64,000 bases of DNA from Tubulanus polymorphus (taxonomy: Eukaryota > Animalia > Nemertea). The DNA lies in contig NC_134026.1 in NCBI RefSeq assembly GCF_964204645.1, forward strand, positions 16,092,150 through 16,156,149. Reading direction: 5' to 3'. Of the stretch, positions 50,721 to 64,000 are shown piece after piece. The notes beneath the pieces were generated by a model. The model had not been told where the DNA came from and ran no database searches. It saw only the letters and a list, made by a program, of their open reading frames with translations. The position numbers and the translations under genes are program-made. Within the stretch, counting starts at the first letter, position 1. Each line of letters starts with the position of its first letter.

Positions 50721-51246
50721 ATATTTGAGTAATTCAGCGAAACACGCCCAACTGAGCTCCTATCAGTCGCAATACGGTTACCAATTTTGATATCAAATAC
50801 ACACACAGTTTTCTGAGTTGCTGAAACCTAGTATATTCCTAAAGACTTATTGGCGATCCATTGCAGTAAATACTACGAAATAGGTACAACGCCTCCTCTT
50901 TCTCTTAATATAACAACTCGAAAAGACGATTGAGCAACTCGAAAGGTCGAGTTTTTTAAGTCGAAAGCTCGACTTTTTAAAGGAAGACTTATTAACCCGA
51001 GAGGTCGACTTGATAACAGGAAAAGTCGACTGCTTGAACAAGAAATTAAATGTTGTTGGCCACATTGTGTTTCCGTATTTTTCGAATACCGGAGCGCACA
51101 ATATTGATTCGATAAGTTGCACTGTTCAGAATTGGAACTGACAAACTTAAGAGCGATTTTGCGTTCATTTAAGAATTTGTCTATTTGTATGGATAGCCTG
51201 TTGCCCTTGCTTTCCTATTATAGCATATGGAATAAGTTAATTAGTT

Positions 51247-51628
51247 CAAGGTTCCTACAATTCCTGGTATCCAGAATTCAAGGACTTTTCAAGGAATTTT
51301 CAAGGAGTAATTTTTAAAATTCAAGGAGGTTTTCGCGGTCATATATAAGGAAAAAAGTCGAAAATTCAAGTTTTGGTTTTACATGTTTAAATGTTTTAAA
51401 TCTCAAAGTGAAACAACTTTCACTCACAAGTCACACAATGAAGAATAATAGAATACACTGTCTTCTGAAAAGGACCTTTTGAAAATTTTTAATAGGACAT
51501 TCCCAGAATTTAAGGAGTTTCAAGGAGTTCATGGATATTTCTCAAAATTAAAGGACTTTCAAGGACCTTGAAAAATATATTCAAAAATCAAGGAGTTTTC
51601 AAGGATTCAAGGAGTTGTAGGGACCTTG
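51247..51628. mobile_element. MITE with ttcaagga internal repeats
   Basis: TIRs caaggttcctacaa / ttgtagggaccttg; TAGTT on both flanks. Confidence 0.7.
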
Positions 51629-51779
51629 TAGTTTGAGATTCAGGGGAATGTTTATTCGTTGATGCAAACGGTTTACAGTGAACAATTAATTCTGTAAATA
51701 TGTTACTTGTAATTTGTATATTATCAAAAAATATTTTGTTACTTGAAATCATTCCATTATAATTCCGTAAAAACAACAA

Positions 51780-54700
51780 TTTTTGTCTCAACAGCCTTCT
51801 AGACAACAATAGTGAACTTTTTATCTATAACAGTCAAATCTTGAATTAGACGAACTGGGTGATAGTATAGATGTTAAAAAAGATAATCTCAATATAATCT
51901 CAACTAAATATTCATAGTCTTAATAACAAATTGGATGAACTGATCAGAAATTACTAATTGAAAAACTAAAATCTCAAAATATCTCTTTCGATATTATCAT
52001 GTTACGTGAAACTTTCTTGACAGATCATAACGTATCACTATGTAGAATACCGGGCTATCAACTAAAAGAAAATCATCGTGTTAAAAAACAACGTGTAGGG
52101 GTGGCACTGATATCAGTAATAATTTTTCCTGTAGAAAGCGTTCGGACCTAGATGTTTTTATAGTGGGTAATTTTGAGTCTTGTTTTGTTGAAGTTGAAAT
52201 TGAACATCTTTCGAGTAAAAAGATTATCATTTGGAGAACTCTCCCGTGTTCCTGGTACTAGCGACAATGAATTTCTTTGTGTATATGAAAACCTGTTGCA
52301 GAAGATTAGAAGTGAAAACAACTGTGAATTGATCATTGGAACCGATCGAAACATAGATTACATGAAAATAAATGATCATAAGAACACCTCAAAATTTCTT
52401 GATATCAATCTATCAAACAATCTTTATCGAACTATTTTACGCCTTACTAGAATTACACACACAACAGCTACATTGATTGGCAATATTTATCTTTCCGCTA
52501 CATTAGCAACTGACCATCAAAGTGCAATACGTCTTATTACACACTTGTCCGATCACCTGCCTTGTCTCGTGACAGTGACATGTAAACGTAAACTTCCAAA
52601 AGAAAGCAACTATTATACTCGGAATTTCAACGCCAAGAATATTGAATTGATAAATTATAAGCTCTCAACACTAGACTGGCCGCCTGTCGAAAGTCTTGAC
52701 TGAAATAGAAGTTATGAATTTATCATTTCTAATATTTATCCTGTAATCGATGAGGTCTCCATTAGTAAAGGTGACGAAAAAATTAGTAAACAAGAACCTT
52801 GGATGTCGAAATCAATATTAAAATGTTACAAATGTTAAAAAAAGTTTTAAAATTAGATAGATCTGATCAACGCTATAAAGACTATATCCTTTATAGTAAC
52901 GATTCAAATTACGTTTTGAGAGGCGACAGAAAAAAACTTATTACGCAAATAGAATTGAATCATTATCCAAAAACAGTCGTAAACTTTGGCAATTTTTGAA
53001 ACAATCGACTGGGAAATTTAATGACGAAAGTCTTTTCCTAGTATATTCATTGTGGATGGAAAAATTGTGGATGATCCTTAATTTAGGCCAACAATTCAGC
53101 AACTTTTTTTCATCTATTGGCAGTAGATGCCCCTGGTCAAGTAATAATTTCAGTTACTACTTACCTGAAGGAAATCAACATTCAATTTTCTTAAATCCCA
53201 TCGAAAGGGAGGAAATATTCAAAATTATTGATAACCTCACCCCAAAATAGACGACTGGTGGTAATGATCTACTCAGTAATAAATAACTCAAACGCATATC
53301 GACTAGCATAATACAGCCTTTAACCAAACTGTGTAACAAATCTCTCCAAGAGGGTTTAATCCCGGATAGCACGAAAATCTCGAAGGTAATTCCTCTATTC
53401 AAAACCGGAAGTAAGCAGTTGCTTAACAATTAGAGACCTATCTCCTTACTCCCAGTATTATCAAAAATACTTGAAAAATTAGTACACAATAGACTCTATT
53501 AATTTTTAAGTATGCATAAAATTCTGAATATCAGTCAGTACAGATTTAGATCGAATCATTCTACTAGCCATGCCAACATAATACAAAATCTGGAAAAGGG
53601 TGTTAGCTCCCTCGCACTTTTCTTAGACTTGTCGAAGGCTTTTGACTCCCTTGATATTGATATATTACTATAAAAATTATCGCACGATGGTATCAGAGGT
53701 CATGCTTACAATTGGTTTAGATCATACGTCACTAATCGTAAAATGTTTGTTAAATATGACGATGAACATTCTACTGATAAAGGAAGTTAAATTCGGTGTA
53801 CCTCAAGGATCGGTCTTTGGACCTTTGCTTTTTTAATCTACGTTAATGATCTTCACTGTAATCTACGTTATGCTAAAGCTATTTCCTTTGCAGATGACTC
53901 AAACTTATTAATTTCCAACAAAAATATCAACTCACTAATATATAATACCAAATATTAACTAAACATTGTTAGTGATTGGTTCAACGCTAACAAGCTTACC
54001 CTTAAAATCGATAAAACAAAATGTCTATTATTTTTAAGACAAAACAAATGTGAAATCAAAATTGCAGAGTTGTTTCGGCAGTGAAATTCTTGAATTGGAT
54101 AAATCGTCAAAATTTCATGGATTATGGATTGACGACAGTTTAAATTGGGAGCATCATGTTAAACAGTTGATTAACAAAAATTTACATTCATTGAAATGCT
54201 TGAAAAATCTTATTCCAAGTTGGTCGAAAAGATTATTTATTGTACATCAGTTATATTCAAACACACCTTACCTACGCACTAATTATACGGGGTCCCATGT
54301 TGTCGTCCAGACAATATAAAACCATATTCACAATTCAGAAAAAAGCAATACCACTTATAGATAACGCTACATATAACGCCCCCACATATCCTATTTTTTA
54401 GAAAATATACAATCCTTTAATTTCAAGAACTAATTAACTTAGCGATTATAAAACTTGGACATCAATACACTATCATCAAGCTCCCAATTGCATTACAAAA
54501 TATGTTTCAGCAGAACTCTAACTTCCATCATCACAACACAAGACAACTAAGGGAGCATCTCAAAATTTCGATAGTTACTTCAATTAGAATAACTCGCGGA
54601 AGGGGATGGGGTTAAGGCCTCCTGCGGGTTCATCATGACTGCCGAACTATCGATTTATTGCGGTGCAAGATAACATTGAATTGAATTGCAGTTTCAAATT

Positions 54701-55070
54701 ACACACAGTTGATTTAACCGTCTCTCTTTTAGATGCTGTTGGTATTTTAGATATATTTGACTTTGTTCATAAAGTCTATTGGAGTTTAATAGGTTTTCCA
54801 CTTGTAATTTTGCTATTTAATTTTTCAATTAAAAGTTGTGATCAAAATACACTCGTGAAATACACTCGTGAGATGTCTTATCTCTGTCTGTGGTCTCTCA
54901 TTAGAAAATAAGTAGTTCCAACTTTAGCATGTGTCTAATCAAGGGGGGGGGGGGTTAAAACCAATTAGACAGTTATTCTAATTCACGGAACTATAGACAT
55001 TTTAAGATGCTCCCTAAACGATCCCAGAGCTGCTTTTCATAAATACAAACATTATAACAAATAATTCTTT
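51780..55070 (+). mobile_element. Degenerate CR1/L2-type LINE ORF2 (APE endonuclease plus RT), interrupted by a MITE
   Basis: LNILQLNIHSL, LSDHLP, RPISLLPVLSKILEKLV, FLDLSKAFD, GVPQGSVFGPLLF, FADD, HNTRQ; many stops and frameshifts. Confidence 0.9.
54551..55014. mobile_element. PIF/Harbinger-type MITE in the LINE 3' end
   Basis: ~44-bp TIRs gggagcatct...attagaataact; TSD TAA; the LINE frame HNTRQL|NDPR resumes after it. Confidence 0.85.
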
Positions 55071-56704
55071 GCTCAGATGCCACGCACCACTGCCCACTGT
55101 CTTCGTACGTCATCCATCATCAAATCTCTTTCGTATTATTCAAGAAACAAGCCTTGGATAACTACATTTAATAACAAAGAGAAACTTCGATAGAAATATC
55201 AGCAATTCCCTCATCACTGTCTTTCTCGAAAAAGATTCATTGTTGTTCACTATGTACTACTACTGATTATGATGATTAGGGTTTTCTGTTACATCACAGA
55301 AAACCCTATTGAGATTCGCGTGTTTCTTCTCATTATTATTTTATGTCACACTATTTTCACTAAAAGAACTAAGGCTTTGTTACCTTGCCGCTGTTGTCGA
55401 TACAATCCGTATGACATCCTTCAGCTCACTGAGATCTACAAATACTCCGCGTGTTTTTTCACGAATCATCGTTACAAAAGCACTGTCGGGCCGTAAACAT
55501 CGAAAATTTAGCCCCATTCAATGGGGCGACATGTTTTTCGAGTCGTCATCCCGAAATCAACCCGCAGGCCGATTGTCACTTCGATTATCAATTCAACTAT
55601 AAATGAACTAATTTATTGCCGCAGACTTCACATTCAGCCGCGGTCTTCAAACAGTAATTTTAACAATAGCCCATTTTCCTCATCAAATCATATTGCCGAT
55701 ACACAGGAAATTTACTACTTTAGATTTTAAAAGCACCGTCGAGCCGTAAACATCGACGAATCGACGTGTATCACTACATCGTCGTTCCAGGGATCAGCTG
55801 CGAGTTTCTCCTCCTCATGAGAATCAAATCGAGTACAAATTAATTTATTACTACCAGTGATTTTGGCTGCGGGCTTCAAGGAGTTAGTTTAACAATACCT
55901 ATTTTTCTTTACCAAAATAACCGCGTATTTACTAAGATAAATCTTTAGTGTACCGGGGAGTCGTAGGCCTAAACTAAACACGCCGAAGAGATATAGCGGA
56001 GAAAAGCTGTTATGTCAACGAGGTATCAAAATAAAAGAATATTTTACTTTGTTCGGCCGCGGGCTTCAACCTCTATATCAATACCATCAATACTCTATAT
56101 TTCCTACAGTACATACCGATCATTGTCAAATGCATAAGGTATTTACTAAATACAAGTATATAACACACTTCTATCCGTATGCTTGACTCACACTTGACAT
56201 TCGGAGTAAGCGTTCGCTGTGGGGGAAAGGAGATCGTTCGCTGTGTCGCTTGAAGATTTTATCGAGTTTTACGCGACCTTAAGGCTTTAGGCCTACCGGT
56301 ACGGAGCTTTACTGTCTCAAACAAACACAATATAATTGTTGCGTTTATTAACGGACTCATTGGATTGGACTTCAAAACAAAATTTACGATATTTAGGAGG
56401 GTTGTTATTCAATAGGCCTACGACCAATATGTCCGGATGTTAGGCCTACATATATACATAGGCCTACATAGGCTAGTAGCCTCTACTAGGTTAAAGCTAA
56501 GTTCACTGTCAAGGAGGAATCAGATTTATTAAAATGCATGTTAATTAGTGATTGACTGGTTCTGAGTTGCAACGATCAATCACAATTATCAATTATATTG
56601 GCAAATTATATTGTCTGAGCAGACATCTTTATAAGCCAGACTTTTCATCTGAGTTTTTTTTCATCATAAATGAAACTGGTATTTCATTAATTGCTAATGA
56701 CTTC

Positions 56705-57020
56705 GAGCGAGCGGTGTGGGCGAGTGGTTAGAGCGTTCGACTCTGGGAAGCCAGGTCGTGTGTTCGAACTCCGTACATTACCGTAGTGTCCTCGGGCAAG
56801 ACACTTATCCTCAGCCTCTCTCCACCCGGGGGTAAAATGGGTAGATGACTCCTGAGCGCCTAGTAGCCGCTCGGATGTTACTTCTCCCTAAGGAGAGATG
56901 ACTGATACATGAATAGAGTTAAAGGCTGGGGGTAATAATACCAAAAATTTGGAGCGCATTTGAACAGACTAGGTTTGGATACCTGCGCTATATAAATGAC
57001 AGTTATTATTATTATTATTA
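56705..57020 (+). mobile_element. tRNA-derived SINE
   Basis: A box tgggcgagtgg, B box gttcgaact, body gtgtcctcgggcaagacactta...ctctccacccggg, LINE-like tail gcgctatataaatgacag(tta)n. Confidence 0.85.
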
Positions 57021-57024
57021 CTTA

Positions 57025-57354
57025 AGCCGGACGAAGGTCGGCTTTGCGACGGCTTGTGACTCACTGCGATGCCATTCACTGCGACTGCCAGCGACGATTG
57101 TGTCGCAATGACTCTTCGACCTACGCTCCCTTGCGACGGGTTGCGACTGTCAGCAACGCCAGTCACAAGGAGTCGCATGTGTTCGACTTTCTTCGATGCG
57201 ACACGACTGTGACAACTGACCTACGCGCTCTTGCAACTAGCAGAAACTATAGTCGCAATTAGTTGCTGACAATCGTATCGCAACCGACTTGCACCGAAAC
57301 TTGCGATGCAACGCAATGATCGCATCGCGTCGCATGGCCAACCTACGTCCGGCT
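57025..57354. mobile_element. PIF/Harbinger-type MITE (tgcga-rich)
   Basis: TTA|agccggacgaaggtcggc ... gccaacctacgtccggct|TTA. Confidence 0.75.
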
Positions 57355-57371
57355 TTAAGTTACTGCGGAGC

Positions 57372-57920
57372 CCCAGAAATATCTTTTTTTCGTTCAAAAG
57401 ACCTTTCGCTTGAAAATTCTTTCGTCGGAACAAAATTTATTTCGTTCGAACTAATGATATTCTGTTCGATTGAACCAATTTGAAACAATCGTTAGAACAA
57501 AGCTGAACAAACTTTTTTTTGGTGTCCAAACGAAAGATTTTCGTTCGAACAATCGTTCGATCGAACAGGATCGTTTTAATTTTAACAGAATTTTCTTGTC
57601 AGTTTTTCGTTCGAACAAGTATATTGTAAAAAGTTTCTGAACCAAGAGTATTAAGTATTTCGTTCAATCGAACAAAATTGTTTTCATTCAAAAATTCGTT
57701 CGAAATTGTTTTCGCTCAACCAAATTTTTTTCCGTGACAAAAAGTTTTTCATTTCAACAAAAACATAGCTTTTTATTGGAACATATTTTATGTCAGAATG
57801 AAGAAAAGTTTTGGTTCAAACAAAAAGTGTATTGCTCGATCAAACAGAATTGTTTGCATTCGAGCAAGATTTTCTTGTCGAAACATTAAGTTTTTTGGTC
57901 GAACGGTGTGTTCTGGGTTT
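57372..57920. repeat. ttcgttcgaac-rich repeat element (probable MITE)
   Basis: Recurrent ttcgttcgaac/tcgaac motifs bounded by cccagaa...ttctggg. Confidence 0.5.
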
Positions 57921-58249
57921 TGGAAATTTACTCGGTCTGGTATATTTCATTTGTCAGGATATTAAACAAAAGATGACTTAGGATACTACCTTGCGTGACT
58001 CCACTAGTTAGACCGACTTATTCCAAGATGAGGCGGTTCGTTGATTTCGGCTACAAGTTTTCGTTCAGAGATAACTGCTGAGCCATTTGAGCGACCTATC
58101 ATTGATACTGTTTCCTAATAGCCTGTTTAGTAATGGCTGATGTTGTGCCTTATCAAATGCTTTGTCGAAATCCACCGTTGAACAGGATTCTAAGACTGTG
58201 CAGAAAACCCGTTATCGCTGCTTTGCAGCTATATTTATGTTTGTTATTA

Positions 58250-58625
58250 CCATTAATATGGACATTAGACATTATTATTATCATTAGTTTTACTGTCATC
58301 ATTACTTTTACTGTTATTATTATTATTATTATTGTTATTATTATTATTATTATTAATATTATTATTAATATTAATATTATTATTAATATTAATATTAATA
58401 TTAATATCAATATTAATTATTGTTATTTATATTGTTATTGTTATTATTATTAACATTAATGTTAATGTTAATCAATATTCAAAATACTAATATTAATGTT
58501 ATCGTTATAGTTATCGTTATCGTCATCATCATTATTATTATCATTATCATTATCATTATTTTCTATTATCATTATTAATACTATTATTATTACTTTTACT
58601 TCATTATTATAGTATTCATTACTAT
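58250..58625. repeat. (ATT)n/(ATTAAT)n low-complexity tract
   Basis: Direct inspection. Confidence 0.95.
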
Positions 58626-58735
58626 GTAATAGTTACAGGGCATATCCCCTTATGGTAAAGCCCCCGGCTTGGAGATGTCCTTTTCTAGAATTGCATTTAT
58701 GTGTGTATATTAATTATTTGTTATTAGAGAGAATA

Positions 58736-58802
58736 AATCATTCATTCATTCATTCATTCATTTATTCATTCACTCATTCATTCATTCATTCACTCATTCA
58801 TT
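58736..58802. repeat. (TTCA)n microsatellite
   Basis: Direct inspection. Confidence 0.95.
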
Positions 58803-61800
58803 TTTTATTCCCTCAGATACCATCCGCGAGGGGTTTTGAAGTATATAAAACTGAATTGAATTACAATGCATTCATATTGTAAACCTGTTCCTGGGGTATG
58901 GGATGCTCCAGGTTGTGACGTTACCGGGGTATTCCATATTGGCAGATATAAAATCTGATCAATTGACCGTGAGTAGGAAAATCATCCATGGGATCCAAAA
59001 ATACCCGTAGATATTTACATACAAAAACCTTCTTTTCACCCATGCACTAAGAGACTAACATCACTGCACCCGCTAAAATTTGAATACTGTATTATCGGCA
59101 AACCATAAAGAAGCTACGAAAAAGTGACCTTTTTGTATAGAAATGCCATAGGTTGACTACATTGTTTCCGAGTAACCTTATTTTTCGTGTGAACATGTGC
59201 TGTAGGGATCCACATACACACTAAATTGCTGGACCATTGCAAAAAGCATCTTCAAAATATCCATGAAAACATCATAAATGTGCCGAGTGTCGATTTTAAC
59301 GGGCAACAATGGCCGACAACTTGCCAGCGTGATTTGTTTTGGGCTGCAGGTGTGTCTAGATTTAGAAAAAAACGGTATCAAGATGATCCATGAAATTATC
59401 TTCTGCAAAACATCTACTCGTAGAACTACTGGATTCCGTCTACACGAACGGACGGCGGACGAAATGTGAATGCAATAGCCTGCTGGGACAATTGACACCC
59501 CTAGTAGGCCTAATGAACATCAGGATTTAGGAATACTCGAGTTCCGACGAATCTGTCATTTTTTATAGTTTACATTGGCAACAACGTAGCAAGGTGCAAA
59601 CATGTTTAATTGTAGTAATCATCCGCTAGGAAGTTGTTGTTCAGTGATGGGTAAACACGCAAAGATTGTTAATTCATGACAAGTTTTGTTATTCCATTAG
59701 CTGTACATTTTCATTAGAAAAAACATTCTTCCCATGAACGACGAATGCACGCACGCGTTCGAATATTTTCCAGGAACATTTCCTAACAATAATGCAACTA
59801 TGATTGCAAATTAATGAGATGTAAAGTTCTGGTCGGAAGCAATGCGTTATTTTCATACGACATATCTCTGGGCATGTAATGAAATATGAAATGGTCTGAA
59901 GGGCTGCGGTAGGCTATGCAGCTAATTAGTGAGGACAGCCTTCAAATCAAAAACACTTCCGCACGCATGGTTTCTGAACTTTGCGGATTCTCCGGATTGT
60001 ATGGAATTCTCGGATTATAGAAGGGATTCCCCAATTGTATTCCAAAATTGCGTATTATCTACGACATAATGAGAGTAAATGCTAAAACCGGACAATGCTT
60101 AAATTTTATTCGACATTTATGAAATTAATTGACGGCGTCATTATTGGTTATACTGAAAATGCAATGCCACTCAGTCCGCAGATTTTTTACGGGTTTAAAA
60201 TGGAAAATGCAGCACACTCGATTACCCATCGCTGGCTTATCGGCCCCGGGGTAAAACATAGTCTAAAATTTTCTATTTTTTATTACTTTTCCGATCCGAT
60301 ATTGCAGTATATATCATGATAGATAGAATTTAAAATAAACCACCGATAGCAAACGTAACCATTAAAGAATAACAAAAAGACACTGATTTATATTACAAAA
60401 ATTATAATCACTTTATTTCAAAATGTGCAATATTCTGGTATTTAACTCCACCTTCCACCTTCCACACGCGTTAATAACATGGAAAATTGGCCAACTTTTA
60501 ACGCCTCCACACACGAAAACTTATATACTTTATCCCTAACATGAAGTTTACAATAAGTATACATATTTACCGACAAATTAGTGTCAACAAAATATTGAAT
60601 TGAACTGTCCACTCGCGATGTGAGACCTTTAACCAAGAATCCGGGAATTATGGGTAAATTCCGGGATTTAAAAAAATCCGGGAATTCCGGATAATCCGGT
60701 TTCTTCACGGTCGCAACTCGGTTGATACTGTGGCAGGAGAGCATTCGGTAGTGAAGTGGTTGCCATTCTGACTCAAGGTCATTAACGCCTTAATTTACCT
60801 CATATAAAAATAAAAGAAAGTCGCCATCGTAATTTTTGGAATTTGGAATTGTTCTTCTGCTTCTAATACTTATTTTTGTTTTGTTAATGAATCGATGGGA
60901 TGAATTCTGGATTTTGATGAATTACGGAAAACTTATTCAAAAATCGCTGCTGCCTGAAACCAGTGTATTCGATTCTATGAATATGACCAATCACAAGAAC
61001 CCGGAAATATTTCCTTTAGCTTAAAGAAAGCTTCACGTTGCCAGCTATTTTAACCCGTAGCTTAGAACCATCATTTCAGTTGAAAATGATATAAGGCTAA
61101 ATTACAGTATTCATTTTGTATTTCTTATTGTACAATCAACATGAATACAATTCAGCCATGAAAGTAACAATGTTACCAATTCAGTTTTCAGACTAAGAAC
61201 ATTTTGTGTTTGGTCCTATTAAGGACACCACGATGCTGTAGGAGTACGTTATTTACGTGCTGTCCCTGGTTTATCGATCCTTTTAATCCAAAAAAATCTT
61301 GAGAAATTTTGAGAATCTCCATGAAAATAGCGTATTCTGCGTATGCAGAAAATCAACGGTCAACCACTCACGTGCGCTTTGCGCATGACTCAGCCGGTGG
61401 CCACGCGCGTTTCTATGGAGATATTTTTACGAATGCAGTATCAACAAAATCCACAGATAAAACTTCATCTTCAGTGAAAAGTTCTTAATTGTATCTCAAA
61501 AAATTTAAGTTTTAGCCAATGACACAAAATTATCAATTCTTTTGAGGCACCTTCCTAGAAGTGATGTATATCTTTTAAACTGTAACTGGATTCGATTGTT
61601 GCAGCCGAGAAAAATAAAATAAACACCATCAGAAAATAGAAATTGTCACCTTTCTAACGATTCATGAGTTTAAATTTTGTGCCAAGAGAGGGATAGAAAA
61701 ATGTTAAAGTATGTCCAACAATGCGGGACCCGCGGGACCCGCCTGGAAACTGGAAACTTCCCTATTGATAATCCGTAAAAGCTGGTATCAACATCGACGT

Positions 61801-64000
61801 AAGACCTGAATCTTATTCAATTCGCAATCTATTGATTTAGTGTTGTTTGCCATCCCCGATCTATATACAACTTACTGATATTCAAGTATTTCAATAAAAC
61901 ATTTTATTTCTTAAATCGAATAAAATATACATAAGTATTGCATTTTATCCCTGTTACTTTGTTCAGCGTATCTACACACGTACCAGATTACGTCATTGCA
62001 AGCAGATCCAATTCTGTAGCGAAGTGATAATGATCAGGTTTGAATGTTAAAATAAATTCCGACGGGTGAAATCAATTCTTATTTATCGAGCATACCTGAT
62101 AAAGTCTGGTTTCAACGCTGAATCACATTGTCTGCCTATTGCTGCGATATTAGTTTCGAATCCCGAAAATGCTATAATCTATTTTTCTATAACACCCTGC
62201 GTGGCTGCACAGAAAATCTGTTATCACTGCTTTGCAATTATATTCTTATTTTCCCAGACGTGTTAATTGTCATCTATGATATGGATCTTCGTTAACCTAT
62301 TAGCATCATGACATTTTCTGCCACATCCAACCCAAAAACAACTACGCACAATAAAACGTGTCTGATTTTTTATTTCAACCCATCAATTCCCTCTGAAATT
62401 GTTTCTTTCCGAATTCATCCTTTTCCAATTTCACACCTTTTCACACCCCCTTCCATCTCGCCTGTCATTCCCATTTCAAACCCTCAAAATTTCACTCATC
62501 ATCTTTTATCGTTATGGGCAATTTCATTTTTTTCAGAATCCATCGAGTCGATGGATTCCCTGTCGGACATGGAAACCATCCAAAATTATATATCTTATAT
62601 ATAGTAGATAATAACAGGGCGGTTTGAAATTGTTGTATTCGGATGATTCGACTTTGACGAGGGGGTTAATCACGGTCAAATCCTAAAATAATTCCTTTTG
62701 ATGAAATGATTCCTGAAAATGCATTCTGACCTTAGCCCGAAGTACTTTGCGATGTGCTTTCTACTAGATATATAAATGAAGTGCGAAAAGCACATACCCT
62801 TATCTCAGGCTGTCAGTGCTTAAGAGAGCACGTGCTGCAAAATTTCTTTAGCGTGTAGACAGTGTATACATGAATTTAAGCAATAGACAACCCATACGCC
62901 ATCTATCCAATCAGACAGGGCTAACGCTTTCGAGTGGCACACATCATCCTCTACATAACTACATGTCATACATGTTCTCGTGAAAAGGGTTAAAAGTGAT
63001 TCAAGTACATCGTATTCCTGGAACCTGCAGCCTTTAAACTTCAAGGAACTATATTCACAGTCTTTTGCCAAAGGTAATCACAGAACAGTACTTGCATTGA
63101 GAGTCACTATATTTCACCATTTCTTAACGAATAAAACTTCTGGACTATAAAATGTAGAAAAAGGGGCAAATAGAAGGAGGTCAAAATCGGAAAGGATTGA
63201 GATGGAACCGAATAAAGGGGAAGGGGCAAAATGGACAACGGTAAAATGGGAAAACGTTGATCAGGGAAAGAGACGGGATAGAATTAAGGTGGGAAGTTGG
63301 AAGGGGTGAAATGGGAATGAAAGAAATCGGAATAAACCCAAGAGAAATGTTATTAATACCCCATATCCATGATAGCGCTGTAATAGAATAAGGACGAACG
63401 TATCCCATCGATTTTAAGGGCCTACGTCTTAGCCTCCCACAACGCTTCTAATGGACGAGAAAATGATTCACGAATAATCCACATATTAAAGGCCGGGTGC
63501 AGGCAAACCACCTGGCGAATAAAGCTGATTAACCGTAACTAGAAAATAAACCGATTTTTGGATTTGACGTCGTTTGGATGGTACCGGTATGAGATTAATA
63601 TTTCCATATTGATTTCAACAACCAGAAAAGGTAAAACCTCCCTTGTGTAACCAATGATCGAAAAATTCGAGGAAAAGGAAGGTATATTAGCCATGGTTGC
63701 GCGCGACAAGAATGTGAAAAAAACGATTATATCATAACAACCGCTTCAGTGGTGGGATGGGCTAAAGAACGGCGATAAAGACCACCGCACTCCCACGATT
63801 TCGTCGGATCGCCAGGTTTCAAGGAGGTATTATGCTGATAAAAGTCACTTGCCACTATATCATTGTTGTCGTCAAACTCAATTCAAGCGGATCGTAAAAT
63901 GACTTAAAGAATTAAACATTGCAACTTAAATGCCACCAGTGTATGTATATGTCCAAGTAGAAACTTGGTGAAGCGCACACAGCCGAAAAATCCCATTTTC

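Larger units (their letters stand above)
48718..51077. mobile_element. Degenerate IS3EU-like DNA transposon (right part; left part probably ~25660-26032) into which the Polinton inserted
   Basis: Convergent HECT-like ORF (+) and IS3-type DDE transposase (-); gtcga-rich subterminal repeats at 50920-51035; possible ...CCGTA end at 51077. No matching TSD found. Confidence 0.6.

Noticed and set aside
56705-56780. tRNA gene
   Set aside because: Has A/B boxes but no proper acceptor stem, and it runs into a SINE body and (TTA)n tail.
58900-64000. Short ORFs at the right end of the window
   Set aside because: No recognisable domains or consistent exon chain; looks like intergenic DNA with repeat fragments.

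Overview
Eukaryotic animal genomic DNA, probably a marine invertebrate (lophotrochozoan-like, inferred from the conopressin-like peptide). The ORF track is mostly noise because the genes are spliced or decayed. Host genes: (1) an intact 5-coding-exon glial cells missing (gcm) gene on + (3510-6881, ~515 aa). (2) Convergent with it on -, an oxytocin/vasopressin-family neurophysin precursor (exons 25509-25367, 11782-11584, 10388-10261; initiator exon not securely located) encoding the atypical nonapeptide CVIRTCPRA-amide. Just upstream of the peptide exon is a nested insertion. A degenerate IS3EU-like element contains a 22.7-kb Polinton/Maverick-type endogenous virus (26039-48711; 93-bp TIRs, 6-bp TSD TATCCT; pPolB, penton, major capsid, integrase, packaging ATPase), which in turn contains a young BEL/Pao LTR retrotransposon (31486-37769). 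The Polinton is the standout. Its protein-primed DNA polymerase carries a LAGLIDADG intein at the motif-C YxD^TDS site, it encodes a zinc-finger/VLTF3(A2)-like late transcription factor, and 13 of about 15 genes start in a poxvirus-late-promoter-like TAAATG context. Together these suggest an integrated virophage-like hyperparasite of a cytoplasmic large DNA virus. The rest of the window is a Harbinger transposon, a CR1/L2-type LINE relic, a tRNA-derived SINE, many MITEs and satellites.
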